From: Mobula birostris
Taxonomy: Eukaryota
Direction: 5' to 3'
Assembly (NCBI RefSeq): GCF_030028105.1
Contig: NC_092375.1
Location: 34,261,130 to 34,325,129, forward strand
DNA: 64,000 bases
The notes beneath the pieces are model-generated. The model was not told the DNA's origin. It saw only the letters and a list, made by a program, of their open reading frames with translations, and searched no databases. The position numbers were made by a program, and so were the translations under genes. Positions 12,617 through 26,384 of the stretch are shown piece after piece (positions within the stretch are counted from its first letter, which is position 1; each line of letters begins with the position of its first letter).

Positions 12617-14349
12617 CTAGGGACAGGAATAGATCGTGCATGAATCAATATAACCAAAATAAGAACAAAAAGTTATATGAACTATTTTCCTTAACTAGAT
12701 GTTATGAGACTCTGTTTGAACCTTCACAACTACTCAAACACATTATAGTGAAACTACACATGAAATCAGTTTTTCCTTATTTATCAATACCATTAATAAA
12801 TTTGAACGTCATTCAGATTAAGTTTCTGTCTTTCGAAGAAGTGTCTCTTTTATTTCCAAGTGCAGTCCACCACATTCCCTTGCTAACCACTCAATTCCTT
12901 TATAAATATTTCAGTTCAATTTGATGAGTGCATAAATAACCTCACTTTCCCTTCCATTTTAACTCTTTTAATTTCCTTCTATTAATCATGGCTATTCTAA
13001 TAATGATCCATGCTTATGCTATTCTATCAATAGTCTGAATGATACAAAAGTATCACCAGTATGTACCACCAGGCACAATATTTGAGCCTAAAGATATGGT
13101 CTGAGCAACTGAGCACTGTGAAAATACTCAGAGAATTAGTTACCATCAACATGATTTTCCAAAGAAGTTTACTCAAATGAAAAATAAGTGACCTGAAACA
13201 CTAACTCTATTCTTCAAATGCTGCCCCACAAGTCAGGTATTTCTGGAATTTTCTATTTTTATTTCTGATATCCAGTATTTACAGTAATTTACTTTTGTAT
13301 TTTAAAGGATATGCCAATCCTGATGAATCTATGTGAAACTTTGCAACAAGGTGACAAAAAGAGCATCTACTGAAATTTTAATACGGAGTCACTAATGTCT
13401 CAGTGACATTATATGATGCTAGCTCAGACGAAGTTAATGGAATTGATGGTGAATTACTGTTCTAATTGTGAAAATGTCTGAGCAGCAAGAGGTAGTGAGC
13501 ACGGATACTGGGGCAAATGCTCCAAGATCTACCCAACTGATCCCCCACAAGGACTCAGGTTTAATTAGTCACCCAAAAAATCTACTGACTAAAAAAAATC
13601 ACACAACTATATATATTTTTACATAGTTTGTAAGAAAATCAACAACACTGCCTGAATAATTTCATCTAAAATATTCCAACTTGGTAAGCATAGCCCAACT
13701 TAAGAGTTAAGAATTTACACTGTCATTTCAGAATCAGGTTGGATAATAAGGTTGTTATTACAAAAACACGTTATTCCAAATTAAATTTGCAACAATTTTT
13801 TCAATTTCTATATTTTACCTTTCTTACAAGAATCACCTTCACAAACTATGAACTGTTTGATATTCAAGTGCTCTAAGGGGACAGCCTAATACTGACCATT
13901 AACAGACAGACTGGAGATAAGTGCATTCTGAAAGTAAAACAACAATCTGAGCCTGACTTTGAACTTTAACATTTCATAACGCTGCACTGTTCACATGCTT
14001 TAGATTAAGTACACTCCACTTAATTAAGAGAATGTTAGAATTAAATGAAAATAGGATGAACGAAAAGACTGACAGTATACCTCCATGAAATTTAGTTTGG
14101 CCCTCAATGCAATCCATTAGTAGGTTTAATGCTCATAGTATCTCATACTAAACTGATACTCTTCTGCCTCAGTTATATACATCACAGCTTATACTCCATT
14201 TGAATCTGAACGAGTTAAGCTGTTTAGTAGGGAAAACTCAATGTAAGAAAAGTGCCATCCCATTTACTTGGTTTCAATAAATTATTGTCATTAACTACTC
14301 CATCCTCCCAACACATTAAAAACAAAACAAAAAAGAAGTCATTACTTAC

Positions 14350-14588
14350 ATTTGTTCCTAACTTGATGGATATTGGGGCTGGCTTCTTTAATGTTGTATT
14401 TCCTATCGAAAATCCAACTTTTGTGACTTTTGCAGGCGTGGGTTTGTTGTTTGTATCCCCAACAGCTGAGTCGTCTTGATCTCTTTCGTTAGCTGCTCTT
14501 TTCTCTGCATTTCGACTTGAACTTTCTCCTTCATTACTGGAAGAAACAGTCTTAGTTTTCATAGTTTTCTCTGCTTTCTCTTCTGGTC
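14350..14588 (-). CDS. PCNP: PCNP coding exon 2
   Basis: 239 bp, ccaccAG/.../GTAAGT. Encodes (G)[30 protein letters not shown]...GFSIG...ISIKLGTN. Confidence 0.95.
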
Positions 14589-16229
14589 CTGGTGGAGTCG
14601 AAACAACTTACCAAGATGAGATACTTTTATCGAGCACTGTGACGATTGCAGCAACCTCAATAAGCATTTAAGGAGCTTCTGTGGGTGTGCACTGCCTGAA
14701 CCAGCAGTCTCTTCCACTGTTTGTCAGATAGAGTAGATGCAGGCTCTAGAAAACCATTTCATAGATGGATAGACTCTAAATTTCAGTTTCAGGGCAGGAT
14801 TAATCCAGTGCTCCTGTTTCTTGGACCCCAGAAAAAATTCACAGGACCAAAACAGTACAGATTTTAGTAGACCAAAAGGTCCACAGTGAATACACATTCA
14901 CCAAGTACTTTTCAAACTGTAGATTTTCTGGTGTTACGTTTTAAACGACGTTGGGAATATAACATTTTAGCCACATTGGCAACATCCTAAAATAACTGGT
15001 GGCCAAAATCAATACCAGGATAAACAGATTCACAGTTCAAGAAATTTCATTTTCTACATTTGTGAATCTTGGTCTTACTTTTCATTGTCCAGCAGCATAC
15101 ATATGTTCCAGTGATGTTAAATTTAAAAATAGACAATTTTTCAAATCTGACAATTAGTTTGAAATCTGTCTGATTAAATTAAAGTTAATTCTGGAGACAA
15201 AATTCAGAATAGCAAATGACAACCAAAAACTTAAGGTTGAATAGTTTTACATATGTTGATTTACTATAGAATAAAATTTTGTTTTGAGAAGTAATTATTT
15301 TCAATTCAGAATTGACAGTTCTAAAACAAATTCCTCCTAATTTTCAACAAAGAACTTGCATAATAGTTTTCAGATCCAAATGATTTTAACATATGTACTA
15401 GCTAAGAGCCTTATTTCTATTTGCCCCCAATATCACATTTTTCTTAATAAATATTCTCTGCATTCCAACAAAACAGCCCAGGACCTAGCAAGCATTCCTT
15501 TCATTGGCCTGTTAATTAGAAGATAGAAATGGATACAACATTGGGCTGTTATATACAAAACATACACAATATGAAAAGTCCACTTTGACTCCCTAATCGC
15601 TATCGCTCTCCATTTATACTATACAAAACTTTATTTCTGCAAGGTCATTACTATAAGAATTAAATAATTCTTAAAAGAAGTGATTTATTCCACAACAAAT
15701 TAGGGTAAGTTTTAAACACAGCACAATCAATGCATTATTTGAAAGAAAACTATATTCAAATTTGCACACCAAAAATATACTAGAGGAAATGCAAAACACT
15801 AACTTTCAAAAATACTCCGACCAGGCAGCAACTAATCAACCACCATTCATCAGAACTGGAAGCATGAATCAGTCCTGATTTTAAAAAAGTCGCTGATTTG
15901 TAAGATTAATCTCAACACAAACAGTGTACAGTCTGTTGAGTATTCATAGCATTTTCTTTTCCTATGCTGAAAATAGAATGGAATCATCTCATGTCAGAGC
16001 ATGGTTAAACAAATCTAAGTTGCAAGCTACCTGTTACTGTAATGTGAATTTACATTTACTTGGCAAGTTGCTGCAATGCCCCCTATGATACTGTTGTATT
16101 CAATTTCGTACACAGCAGCAACGAGGATACTTCATTAATTAAAACTAGTACTGATTTGGTCCTACTGGATTTTTTGTGTTGCCAAAATGTGAATCACACA
16201 ATGCAAAATAGGCGAAGTTGGTATTAGTA

Positions 16230-17790
16230 AAAAATAATCTACTAGAAAAGATAATGAGCCAGAGTACTGATAACCTCAAAACTTGAAGATTTTCATCGCA
16301 GAGTTTTGAAACAGTTGACTATAAAGATGATAATGGCTCTGAATATGTTACAGAATTCTATAGATCTTAACCTCTGCAGATAGCAGAGTGGCAAATGGGA
16401 CACCACCATTTAAGAAATGGAGAGACAAATTGGAACTTTCCAAACTGTTACCCTGATAACAATGGTGGGGAAAATGCTGGAATCTATTAATGCTTGGAAA
16501 ATATCAGCACTATTGATCAGTCTCAACATGGATTTATTAAAGAGAAATTGCATTTGACTAATGTACTGGAGGCCTTTGTGGATATATCCAGCAGAGCACA
16601 TAAGTGGGAACTAATGGATTTTCAGAAAGATCAAAGTCCCACACAGAAGCTTGATAAACAAGTTTAACATGAAGTTATGGTGATATAATGACACAGATTG
16701 AGAATTTGTAGAAAACAAGAGTGTAAAAATTAATGGATCTTTCTTGGGTTGGCAAGCTGTCAACTAGTTGGCAATGACAGAGCTCCAACTACTCACAAAT
16801 CATGTCAATGATCTGAGCCAGAAGGACCAAATGCAATATTTCCACATATACTCCAGCTACAAAACTAATCAGAATGAGAGTAACAAGGTGATCAGAAATA
16901 GATTTCAGACAGGCATTGACAGGCTGAATGGACAAAATGTGGTCAGTAGCATAAAATGTGGAAAAATGCAAGGTTAAAAAAAACGCTAAGTACTTTTTAA
17001 ATTGAAGAGTCTGAAATATTTATGTTCAAAGGGAAATGTGTGTCCTTATGCATTAGAAATCGATAGGTAATATGCAGGCACAACAATTAGGAAGGCAAAG
17101 GACTTACTGGAATTGACTTAACAAGTGATTAGAAGATTAAGAGTCCTGAAGAAGAATTTCAGCCCAAAACATTGCCTGTTCATTCCTCTTCATAAGTGTT
17201 GCCTGAGCTGCTGAGTTCTTCCAGCATTTGTGTGTATTACAGAAGAGTAACTGTGTCACACTGGAGTTATAGAAGGCCTAGAAACAGTGGAGTACTGTGT
17301 ACAATTTTAATTTCCTTTCTTAAAAATATACTATACTTGCTATAGGGTGAGCACAGTAAAGGTTTACCAGACTGGTTCCTATCATGCCAGGTCCATTATG
17401 TCAGGAGAGATTGAATAGGACAGACTTCTATTCTTCAGAGATTGGAAGACTCAGAAGTTAATTCATTGAAAAATACAAAATTCTTAAGAGGCACATCAAG
17501 ACAGACACATGGAGGGTATTTCCTAAAACTTTATGTCATTATCAGAGAATACAGCTAGATCGATTTGTATTGAACTCTTTTCACCCCAGAGTGATGAATC
17601 CTTGGAAATTTCTACCACAGAAGATCAGTCATTAGCTGAGATTGTAGCAGATTTCTGGGGAGTTAAAATATTCAAGCAATATGGGTTGGGAGAGGACTTA
17701 AAAACAGGACTGAGTTAGAAAATCAGCAATAATCTGATTGAAAGGCAGAGCAGGATTGAGTGGCCTATTGCCCTTGCCATGTTCTTAGCT
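16230..17790 (+). mobile_element. Old, heavily decayed CR1 LINE with a decayed PLE terminal repeat inserted at about 17142-17240
   Basis: Remnants of QHGF, DFQK and the CR1 3' tail. The insert AGTCCTGAAGA...AAAACATT is a decayed hammerhead. Confidence 0.65.
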
Positions 17791-18077
17791 CTTATCAAGA
17801 ACTAGTTTTACACTGTATTTTGTGGCAAATTAACATTCAATACACAAATTAAAAAAAGATTAGTACAGCCAAAAAGATGGTACCTACAAAATTATAAGCT
17901 GGACCCCTCAAGAAGTACATGGATGTAAAAAAAAAATGGAGGGTTACAGGCTACGTAGGAGGGAAGGGTTAAATAGATTGTAGACTAGGTTTGTATAGGT
18001 TGGCACAACATCATGGGCCAACCTATACAACCTGTGCTGCACTGTTATATATTCTTAACCTTGCCCAAAGTGTTAAT

Positions 18078-18273
18078 TTAAAAACGCAAACACGAGGAAT
18101 TCTGCAGATGCTGGAACTTCAAGCAACACACATAAAAGATGCTGGTAAACGCAGCAGGCCAGGCAGCATCTCTAGGAAGAGGTACAGTCGACGTCTCGGC
18201 CCGAAATGTCGACTGTACCTCTTCCTAGAGATGCTGCCTGGCCTGCTGCGTTCACCAGCAACTTTGATGTGTG
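18078..18273. mobile_element. Fold-back (inverted dimer) PLE terminal-repeat insertion
   Basis: 17-bp TSD ttgcccaaagtgttaat (18061-18077 and 18274-18290). Inverted arms of about 70 bp at 18123-18192 and 18208-18277. Confidence 0.9.
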
Positions 18274-19135
18274 TTGCCCAAAGTGTTAATGCTTTCTTTC
18301 AGCTACCTCAATTAAATAAAATAACCAATTTAAAATCAATAATGTAAAAGTTAATTCCAAATCAAGATATTAGATAGGATTGCAAGATTATAAAAGCTGC
18401 ATAATTAGGCCATATGGTCCTTTGCATCTCATCTGATTCATTAAGAACATGGCTGAAATTACAGAATAATTTAAAGTGAACTTAAACTACAATCAAATAC
18501 ATATTAAGACACATCAGGTGGCGGTATTTTACATCAAACTGACATAATAGGAGTCAGATACATTTCATTAAAAAATACAGAAAAGATATTAAATCTGCAA
18601 CTAAGCTTGCAGAAGTTATATCAAGTACAAAATTATTTTTTAAATCTGAAAGGTTGCTTTTAAACAAATGTGTCAAGTTTGATAAATTTTCACTTGAACC
18701 CCAACATTTAGGCATGAGGAACTTTATTTTGTTCGTTCACAGGATCCGCCTCCAAACTGGGTGGCCTGCTGGGGCAGTTTGAGTCAACCACGTTATTAAG
18801 GATCTAAAGTTCACAGATAGGGCTAAGGCTGGCTAACGTTAACAGAACTCCTCGCTGATGAACACAACCCCATTAAATGATTTAAAACTGGAAGGTGAGC
18901 CTTTAACGGCAACATATCAAATTAGGCGTGACGGATCTAAGGTGGGGGGGGGGGGAAGAACCGCTTTCGCCTCTCATCTCGCTGGGGGCCCGCCCCGGTC
19001 ACCCTCCCGCACTCCTCCATGCGTCCTTATGAATTTTATACACAAATGTCTTTCCTTCACTAACGCGGTAGCATGTAATGTGTAGCACTGCACTTGCTGC
19101 CGCGCTCGGTGTGGTAAAAGATTAGGAACCGGCAC

Positions 19136-19181
19136 CTTCATCCTGCAGCTTCGCCTGCTCCAAATGCGTTCGCTCCGCCAT
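19136..19181 (-). CDS. PCNP: PCNP coding exon 1
   Basis: ATG at 19181 in GGAAATGGCG within a CpG-rich region. Encodes MAERTHLEQAKLQDE(G). The phase-1 donor AAG/GTGCCG fits exon 2 but is weak. Confidence 0.75.
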
Positions 19182-19270
19182 TTCCAATCACCCTAACACT
19201 GCCTGGAGGCTCCTGGGAGCAGCCGCTACGTCACTTCCTGGCGCCATGGGACGAAACATCGGAGTGGCGC
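19175..19270 (-). promoter_or_regulatory. PCNP promoter with composite ETS-CRE motif and YY1-like motif
   Basis: Minus strand CAGGAAGTGACGT at 19228-19240. AAATGGCGG overlaps the start codon. Local CpG enrichment at about 18900-19270. Confidence 0.6.
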
Positions 19271-19439
19271 ACCTTTGCAACTGGGCTCTTCAGGGCACAG
19301 TCTAGTTGTGATTCTTAATTTTACAGTTCGTTGAATTCTGTAACTCTAGCACAAATTTACTTTTCTGACACTATATTAGTCGAGCTTTCATTATTTACAG
19401 AATTTTTATTCACTTTTCTGTGTATTGCTGAAGAAGTCA

Positions 19440-20330
19440 GTGTTATTCATCTCTAATTGAAATATTGTTGTCACATGTAAGGAGATACAGTTGAAAAGCT
19501 TGTCTTGCCTACTTCACAAACAGATCAGATCGTTACACAGTGCACTGAAGGTAGAACAACGTAAAACAACGATGCAGGCCTCACCTTACCTATCACCTGT
19601 CAGCTGTACTCCATCCCCTTCCTATCCAGTCATGAAGGGCCTGAAATTTGACTGTTTATTCCCTTCCAGGAATACAGCCTGTCTTGCTGAGTTCCTTCAG
19701 CAATTTTTTTTTGTTGCGTAAGATTTCTATCATCTCCAGAACCTCTTAATGTACAGAATAATGTGTAACTGCTATAGTACAGGTAGATTACGAGGTCAAA
19801 AGCTTAATTTATTATTCCTGGGAACCTTTTAATAGTCTTATAACAGCAGGTTGGAACCTGTACTTTGGCCTGGTGGTATGTGCTTTCAGGCTTTTTGCAT
19901 CTTCTGCCCAATGGAAGAAGAGAGTGACCGGAGTGGGTGGCTGCTTTACTGAGGCAGCAGGAACTGTAAATGTAGTCCAGTGAGGGGAGGCTGGTTGCTG
20001 TGGTGTGTGCGCTGCAGTTTCTTGCAGTCACGTGCAGAGCAATTGCCATACCAAACTGTCGTGCAGCCAGATAGGATGCTTTCTTTGGTGCGTCGATAAA
20101 AAATGGTAAAAGTTGATGGGGAAGTAGTGGTGTTGGTTAGCTTTCTTGGTGGTTACATCTATGTAGTTGGAGCAGGACAGCATCATGCTCACAAGCCCCT
20201 CAACCACAACATCATTGATGTAGACAGGAGCATGTGCTCCCCACCCCTGTCTGAACTGAATGACCTGCTCTTCTGTTTTACCGACATTGAGGGAAAGGTT
20301 GTTGTCATGACATCACGTTACTAAGCTCTT
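19440..20330 (-). mobile_element. Decayed Rex1/Babar-like LINE 3' part, with a decayed PLE fragment at about 19580-19745
   Basis: ORF 19804-20049 resembles the Rex1 C-terminus (SLPSLDYIYSSCCLSKA..HSGHSLLPLGRR). Confidence 0.6.
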
Positions 20331-20339
20331 TCTCAGGTT

Positions 20340-21770
20340 GACATCAGAACATCCTTCAAGAGGGTGAGTGAACCCTGACACGGAGTCCAACCCCAATGAC
20401 GCACCTGGCTGGAGTATTCGAGGATGTTTTCAACCACTCACTGCAGCAGTCAGAAGCTCCCATCTGCTTCAAAAGGCCACCAATCATGCCATGCCCAAGA
20501 GTAGGGTGGGCTGCCTCAGTGACTATTGCCCAGTAGCTGTCACATCTACTGTGATGAAGTGCTTTGAGGTTGGTCATGGCTGGAATTACCCCCCGCCTGA
20601 ACAAGGATCTGTACTCTGCCAGCAGAACAGATCTATAGTGGACACAGTTTCACTGGCCTTTGGACCACCTGGACAGCAGCAATATCTACATCAGTCTGCT
20701 GTTTATCGAGTATAGCTCAGCGTTCCATACCATCATCCCGGTTGTACTAATCAACAGGCTTCAAAATCTAGGCCTCTGTATCTCTGCAAATGGATTCCAA
20801 ACTTCCTCAAAGGGAGCTGACAGTCAGTATGGAATGGTGGTAACATTTTCTCGCTGACAATCTACACAGACACTCCTCAAAGATCCATGCTTCGTCCGCT
20901 GTTCTACTCCATAGAGCAGCTGTTCCTAACCTGGAGTCCACAGCCCCCTTGCTTAATGATACTGGTCTGTGGCATAACAAAGGTTGGGAACATCTGCTCC
21001 AGCTCATTGTCTGTGTGGCCAGGCACAGCTCAAATGCCATTTATAAATTTGCCAATGATACAATTGTTGTTGGCAGAATCTCAGGTGGTGACAAGGAGGT
21101 GTTCAGGAGTGAAATAGATCGGCTGGTTCAGTGATGTCGCAGTAACAAGCTTGCATTCAACGTCAGCAAGATGAAAGAGCTGATTGTGGATGTCAGGAAG
21201 GAGAAGTCAAGAGAACACGCATGTGTCTTCATTGAGGGGCCAGCGGTGGAAAGGGTGAGCAGCTTACGTGGCTGTCAATGTATCAGAGGATCTATTCTGG
21301 GGCCAACATTGATGCGATCATTAGCAAGACGTCCCAATGGCCATACTTCATTGGGAGTTTGAGGAGATTTTGCTAAGTCACTGAATTTCTACATTTGTAC
21401 CGTAGAGAGCGTTCTGACTGGTTGCATCACCGCCTGGTAGGGAGATGCCAATGCACAGGAGTGTAAAAGGCTTCAGAGGGTTGTAGACTCATCACGAGCA
21501 CAGGTTTCCCTTCCAACGAGTTGGCAGTTCCTCAGGACGCTGGCATCCATTGTGAAGGGCCCTCACCGTCTGTGACAGGATTCCCACACTCAACAGTTTC
21601 TTCCCCCCCGCCATCAGATTTCTGAACAGTTCATGAACACTACCCTTCTCTTCCTTTTTGCGCGGCTTATTTATTCTTTACTCTAACTTACAGTAATTTG
21701 TTTTGCCTGCACTGCACAGCTGCCACAAAACAACAAATATCGCAACCTACATCAGTGCCAATTAACCGGA
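20340..21770 (+). mobile_element. Decayed Rex1/Babar-like LINE RT region
   Basis: CLSDYCPVAVTSTVMKCFE, LLFIEYSSAFHTIIP, IYKFANDTIVVGRI and KELIVD.RK across frameshifted ORFs. Confidence 0.85.
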
Positions 21771-22359
21771 TTCCACTCATTCCTGTATTCCAACTCATTG
21801 TTGTGTGAGATATGGTCCACTTTGCCAAATTGTGTTCTAGCAGTGAGCCACCTTTTAGAAACTCTCGTCAAGTTAGGAAAACAGCTCTCTGGGAGCGCAC
21901 GCCAGGATTTAGACCTGGGGAGATGGCTGGAAGTACTGTTGTATTTCCAAGTTAAAATGGTGTCGCTTCCTGCTTTCAGTGGTAGAGGTAGATTTGGGAG
22001 GGACTGATAGACCAGGTAGATAACTGCACTGCATTTTGTAGATGGTATAAACCCCAGTGCGCAGTTAGCGGAGGAAATGAATATTTAAAGTAGATGGGAT
22101 ACCAATCCAGAGTTTTTCTGTTCCTGGGCATTGGCAATTCCGATGATCACTTTGTGTGCTCATGTGGTTGGATCAACTGTGTTTCTGGTCATCTAGATGG
22201 GAAACTGGTCCTGGATGGTGTCGGTTTTGTGTTGTTTCAGGTACAGTCAAGTGGAGAGTATTCCAGCACATGTCTGATCTGTGCCTGGCTGTAAGTGCTA
22301 GAAATGTGGTGTTAGGAGTTTGGTCACCAGCTGCAATATTTGTCAAGGTCAAAAATTTA

Positions 22360-22860
22360 TTATCTAAGTACATATACAATATGTTAGCATATACTACCTT
22401 GAGATTCACCACCTTGCTGGCATTTAAAAGAAAATGAAGAAATACAATAGAATTAATAAAAATCTATACATAAACAAACAATGGAAAACAAAGGCTGCAA
22501 AAGATGACAAACCGTGCAAATAAAAAATAAACAATGCTGCGAACATGGGTTGTAGAAGCCTTGCAGGTGAGTCTGTAGGTTGTGGAATCAGTTCAGAGTT
22601 GAGGTGAGTGAAGTTATCCACGCTGGTTCAGGAACCTGATGGTTGTAGGGTAATAACTGTTCCTGAACCTGGTAGTGTGGAACCTAAGGCTCCTGTACCT
22701 CCTGTCTGATTGTAGTAGTGAGAAGAGAGCATTGTGGAGTTCCTTTCTTGTGAATGTGCTCAATGGTGGGAAGGGCTTTGCCTGATAGACTGTGTCCATC
22801 ACTTTCTGTAGACTTTTCTGTTCCTGGGCATTGGCAATTCCAATGATCTCCTCATGCATC
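22360..22860 (-). mobile_element. Rex1/Babar-like 3' fragment
   Basis: ORF 22614-22931: LFSLLQSDRRYRSLRFHTTRFRNSYYPTTIRFLN. Confidence 0.7.
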
Positions 22861-22943
22861 ATGTGGTTGATCATCTGTGTTTCTGGCCATTTGTGCTCCC
22901 TCCCTCCCCAATCTGAAGATGTGAAAAACAATGGAATGACATT

Positions 22944-24110
22944 TTCTCTGGGTGTGAGTCAATCTGTAGACGCTGCAAAACTAAAGCACACACACAAAAT
23001 GCTGGAGAAACTCAGCAGGCCAGGCAGCGTCTACTGTACCGTCAACACTTTGGGCCAAGACCCTTCAGCAGGGCTGGAGAAAAAAAATGAGTAGATTTAA
23101 AAGGTGAGGTGAGGGGAGAGAGAACCACAGGGTGATAGGTGAAACCAGGAGGGGGAGGCATGAAGTAAAGAGCTGGGACGTTGATTGGTGAAAGTGATAC
23201 AGGGCTGGAGGAGGGGGAGTCCGATAAGAGAGAACAGTAAGACATGGAAGAAAGAAAAGTGGGGGAGGAGCACCAGGGGGAGGTGATGGGCAAGCACGGA
23301 GATAAGGTGAGAGAGGGAAAAGGGGAACGAGAGGGGTGGGGGCCATTACTGGAAGTTTGAGGAATTGATGTTCATGCCATCAGGCTGGAGGCACCTAGAC
23401 AGAATATAAGGTGTTGTTCCTCTAATCTGCATGTGGCCTCATCACAACAGTAGAGGAGACCATAGACTGACATGTCAGAATGGGAATGGGAGGTGGAATT
23501 AAAATGGGTGGCCACTGGGACCTCCAACTTGAGTGTCACCTCATTGTGACAGAAGAGGATATATCCCATTACCATGCAGATATGTCCCAGTGGGCATCCA
23601 TTTTAATTCCACTTCCTATTTCCATTCTGATATGTCAATCCATGGGCTCCTCTATTATCGTGATGAGGCCACACTCAGGTTGGAGAAACAACACCATATA
23701 TTCCAACTGGGTAACCTCCAACCTAGTGGCATGAACATTGATTTCTCGAACTTCCGGTAATGCCCCCCCCTGCCCCTTCCTCATCCTCTTTGCCCTCTCT
23801 CACTTTATCTCTTTGCCTGCCCATCGCCTCCCTATGGTACTCCTTCCCCCTTTTCTTTCTTCCATGGCCTTCTGTCCTCTCCTATCAGACTCCCCCTTCT
23901 CCATCCCTGTACCTCTTCCACCCATCAACTTTCTAGATCTTCACTTCATCCTTTGCCCTCCCAGTTTCACCGATCACCCTGTGCTTCTGCCTCCCCTCCC
24001 CCAACCTTCTAACTCATCTCTTTTTTCTCCAGTCCTACCGAAACATCGACTGTACTTTTTTCCCATAGATGCTGCCTGGCCTGCTGAGTTCCTCCAGCAT
24101 TTTGTGTGTT
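22944..24110. mobile_element. Older inverted PLE dimer (two GIY-YIG C-termini plus 3' UTRs, diverging)
   Basis: Minus arm ATHFNSTSHSHSDMSVYGLL.. and plus arm GIHFNSTSYFHSDMSIHGLL... Candidate 10-bp TSD gaatgacatt (22934-22943 and 24111-24120). Confidence 0.8.
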
Positions 24111-24379
24111 GAATGACATTGACTATCAAGAAAAGGTAATTTGAGTCTCTGATGGTGGAGAGGGTCATGGCCTGTTACTTTTGTGGCATGAACATTAGTT
24201 ACCACTTAAGTCTGTGCCAGAATGTTATTGAGGTCTTGCTGTAAGCAGGCACAGGCTCCCTCATTTAATGAGAACTTGTGAATGGAAATGAACATCCTGC
24301 AGTCATCAGTAAACATACAATCTTCTGAATTTCAGGTGGAAGGAAGATAGTTGATGAAAGAGATGAAGATGGTTCACTG

Positions 24380-24902
24380 GAATACAAATTCGGTAACAAG
24401 CAAGATTTCCAATCCCCATTCCCATTTCGACACGTTGACCACCATGAGGCCACTCTCAGGTAGGGGGAGCTCATTCCGTTTGTGTAGCCTCTGACCTGAT
24501 TGTATCAACATCCATTTCCCTAACTTCTGATAATTTTTCCCCTTCCCTCCAACTCCCCATTTCCTCTCCCCTGGTGCCCCTCTTCCTTCCCTTTTCCCCA
24601 TAGTCCACTCACCTCTCCTATCAGATTCCTTCTTCTCTGGTCCGCTGCCTTTACTAACCATCACCTCCCAGCCTCTTACTTCATCCCCTCTCCCCTACCC
24701 ACCTGGCTTCACCTTTCAGCTTCTACGCCTTCCCCTCTCCCCATTTTGACTTCCCTTTTCTTTTCCAGTCATGATGAAGAGTCTTGGCCAGAAACATCAA
24801 CTGTTTATTCATTTCCAAAGATGCTGCCTGACCTGCTGAGTTTCTCCAGAATTTTGTATGTATTACTCCAGATTTCCAACATCTACAGAAGCTCTTGTGT
24901 TT
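24380..24902 (+). mobile_element. PLE 3' end with decayed hammerhead
   Basis: Pyrimidine-rich UTR followed by CAGTC-ATGATGA-...-GAAACATC-AACTG at about 24766-24803 and the typical tail. Confidence 0.75.
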
Positions 24903-26384
24903 ATCGTTTACATGATGTTTATCATATGTTCTGTACCTTAATTCTGTAGAAAACCTCAGGAGGACTTTATATTTCATAGCAATTTTCTGTGTTCATAATG
25001 CAGATAGACTTTGCTCTTATCTTAGCTCAGTTGTCCCTGAAACTCTTACCCTTGCCTTTCACTAGCAGTCTCTCTCATTCCGTGCTTTAGAAACATGTCA
25101 TCCAAACCACTGCTACCCATGGATTCATTTGTTGTGAATATTATTTGCCAGTTATGCCATGAGCTGTTAAGAGCCTATCTCCAAAGTAGGTTAATTACCT
25201 CCCTCTTTCTAAACAATCTTCAATAATCTACCTTCGTGGGTCATTTAATTTAATCTTTTTATGTAGCACAGATTAAAACGTGTTTGGTAACTTTCTTTAC
25301 CACCTTTAACATTTCAAAATGTGCAGATAGGTGCTATAGAAAACGAAGCTGCATTTTCACATAGTTGCTATAGAAAGGGATACTGCATTTTACTTGCCGC
25401 TGCAGAGTATCCTGGGCCTGCAATCATTGAATGAAGCAAGAAAAGTGAAGCATATTGTATCCTTTTTCAAGTGTTCCCCCCCCCCACTATAATTTCTGAA
25501 GAAAGCAGGCACGTGAAACACCAATTAGAAATCAACTGAGGTGACGTGGTTACTAGAAAGGAAAAAGATCATAAAAGAATTTACATTTAAATTCTAAATA
25601 GAGACAGATATTTTATTGATCCTAAAGGAAATTACAGTGTCACAGTAGCATTACAAATACAATATTAGAAATTTAAAAATCTGAATAAGTTACCTTAAAT
25701 AGTCTAACAGGAGGGGTCATCACATCCCCAGCTATAGGTTGACTCCTGATAGAGCCTAATGGCAGAGGGCAAGAATGGTCACAAATAGGGATATTCAAAA
25801 CTGAACTTTATCCATAAAATATTTAGAATACAGAAAGTGCTGAAATAGGAAGTGATCAAAGCAAACATCATAGGCCAAGGCATAGGTAAATACCATCAGA
25901 GAGAAAGAAACAAAGTACTGTATTTAAAGAGAGGCCTAAGAAAGCAGTAGAGTTATTTAAGGAAAACTACCAAATCATATTGAGAATGACAGGTGTTATG
26001 ATTTGTCAGCATCTCAAAGTGTCACTATGCTGAAATTCCCAAATTTTCCCGAAGTCTCTCTACTTCAGAAATCTCGACCATGAAGAAATATTCTTCACTA
26101 GATGAAAAGAAATCCAACACACAATTTGAATACCCAATGGACATTCTTCATACATGCACCTACACTGTTAATGCTAGAGGTCTATTTTGCAATCACAGTG
26201 GGCCATATGAAATTAAGCTGCTATAGTTCAGTACAGCATCCATATATTAAATGGGATTTGTATCATGTTTTGTCATTCACTTTTAAGCAATCAAATCTTT
26301 TCACTGAAGTGGAAGTTTGTGATATACCAGGTAAAATTCTTACACTTTAAAAAGTGAGGTAAATTTTCATCATAACTGCTTTGG

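Noticed and set aside
19188-19247. In-frame upstream ATG of PCNP at 19247
   Set aside because: It hits TGA two codons before the main ATG and overlaps promoter motifs, so it is probably upstream of the TSS.
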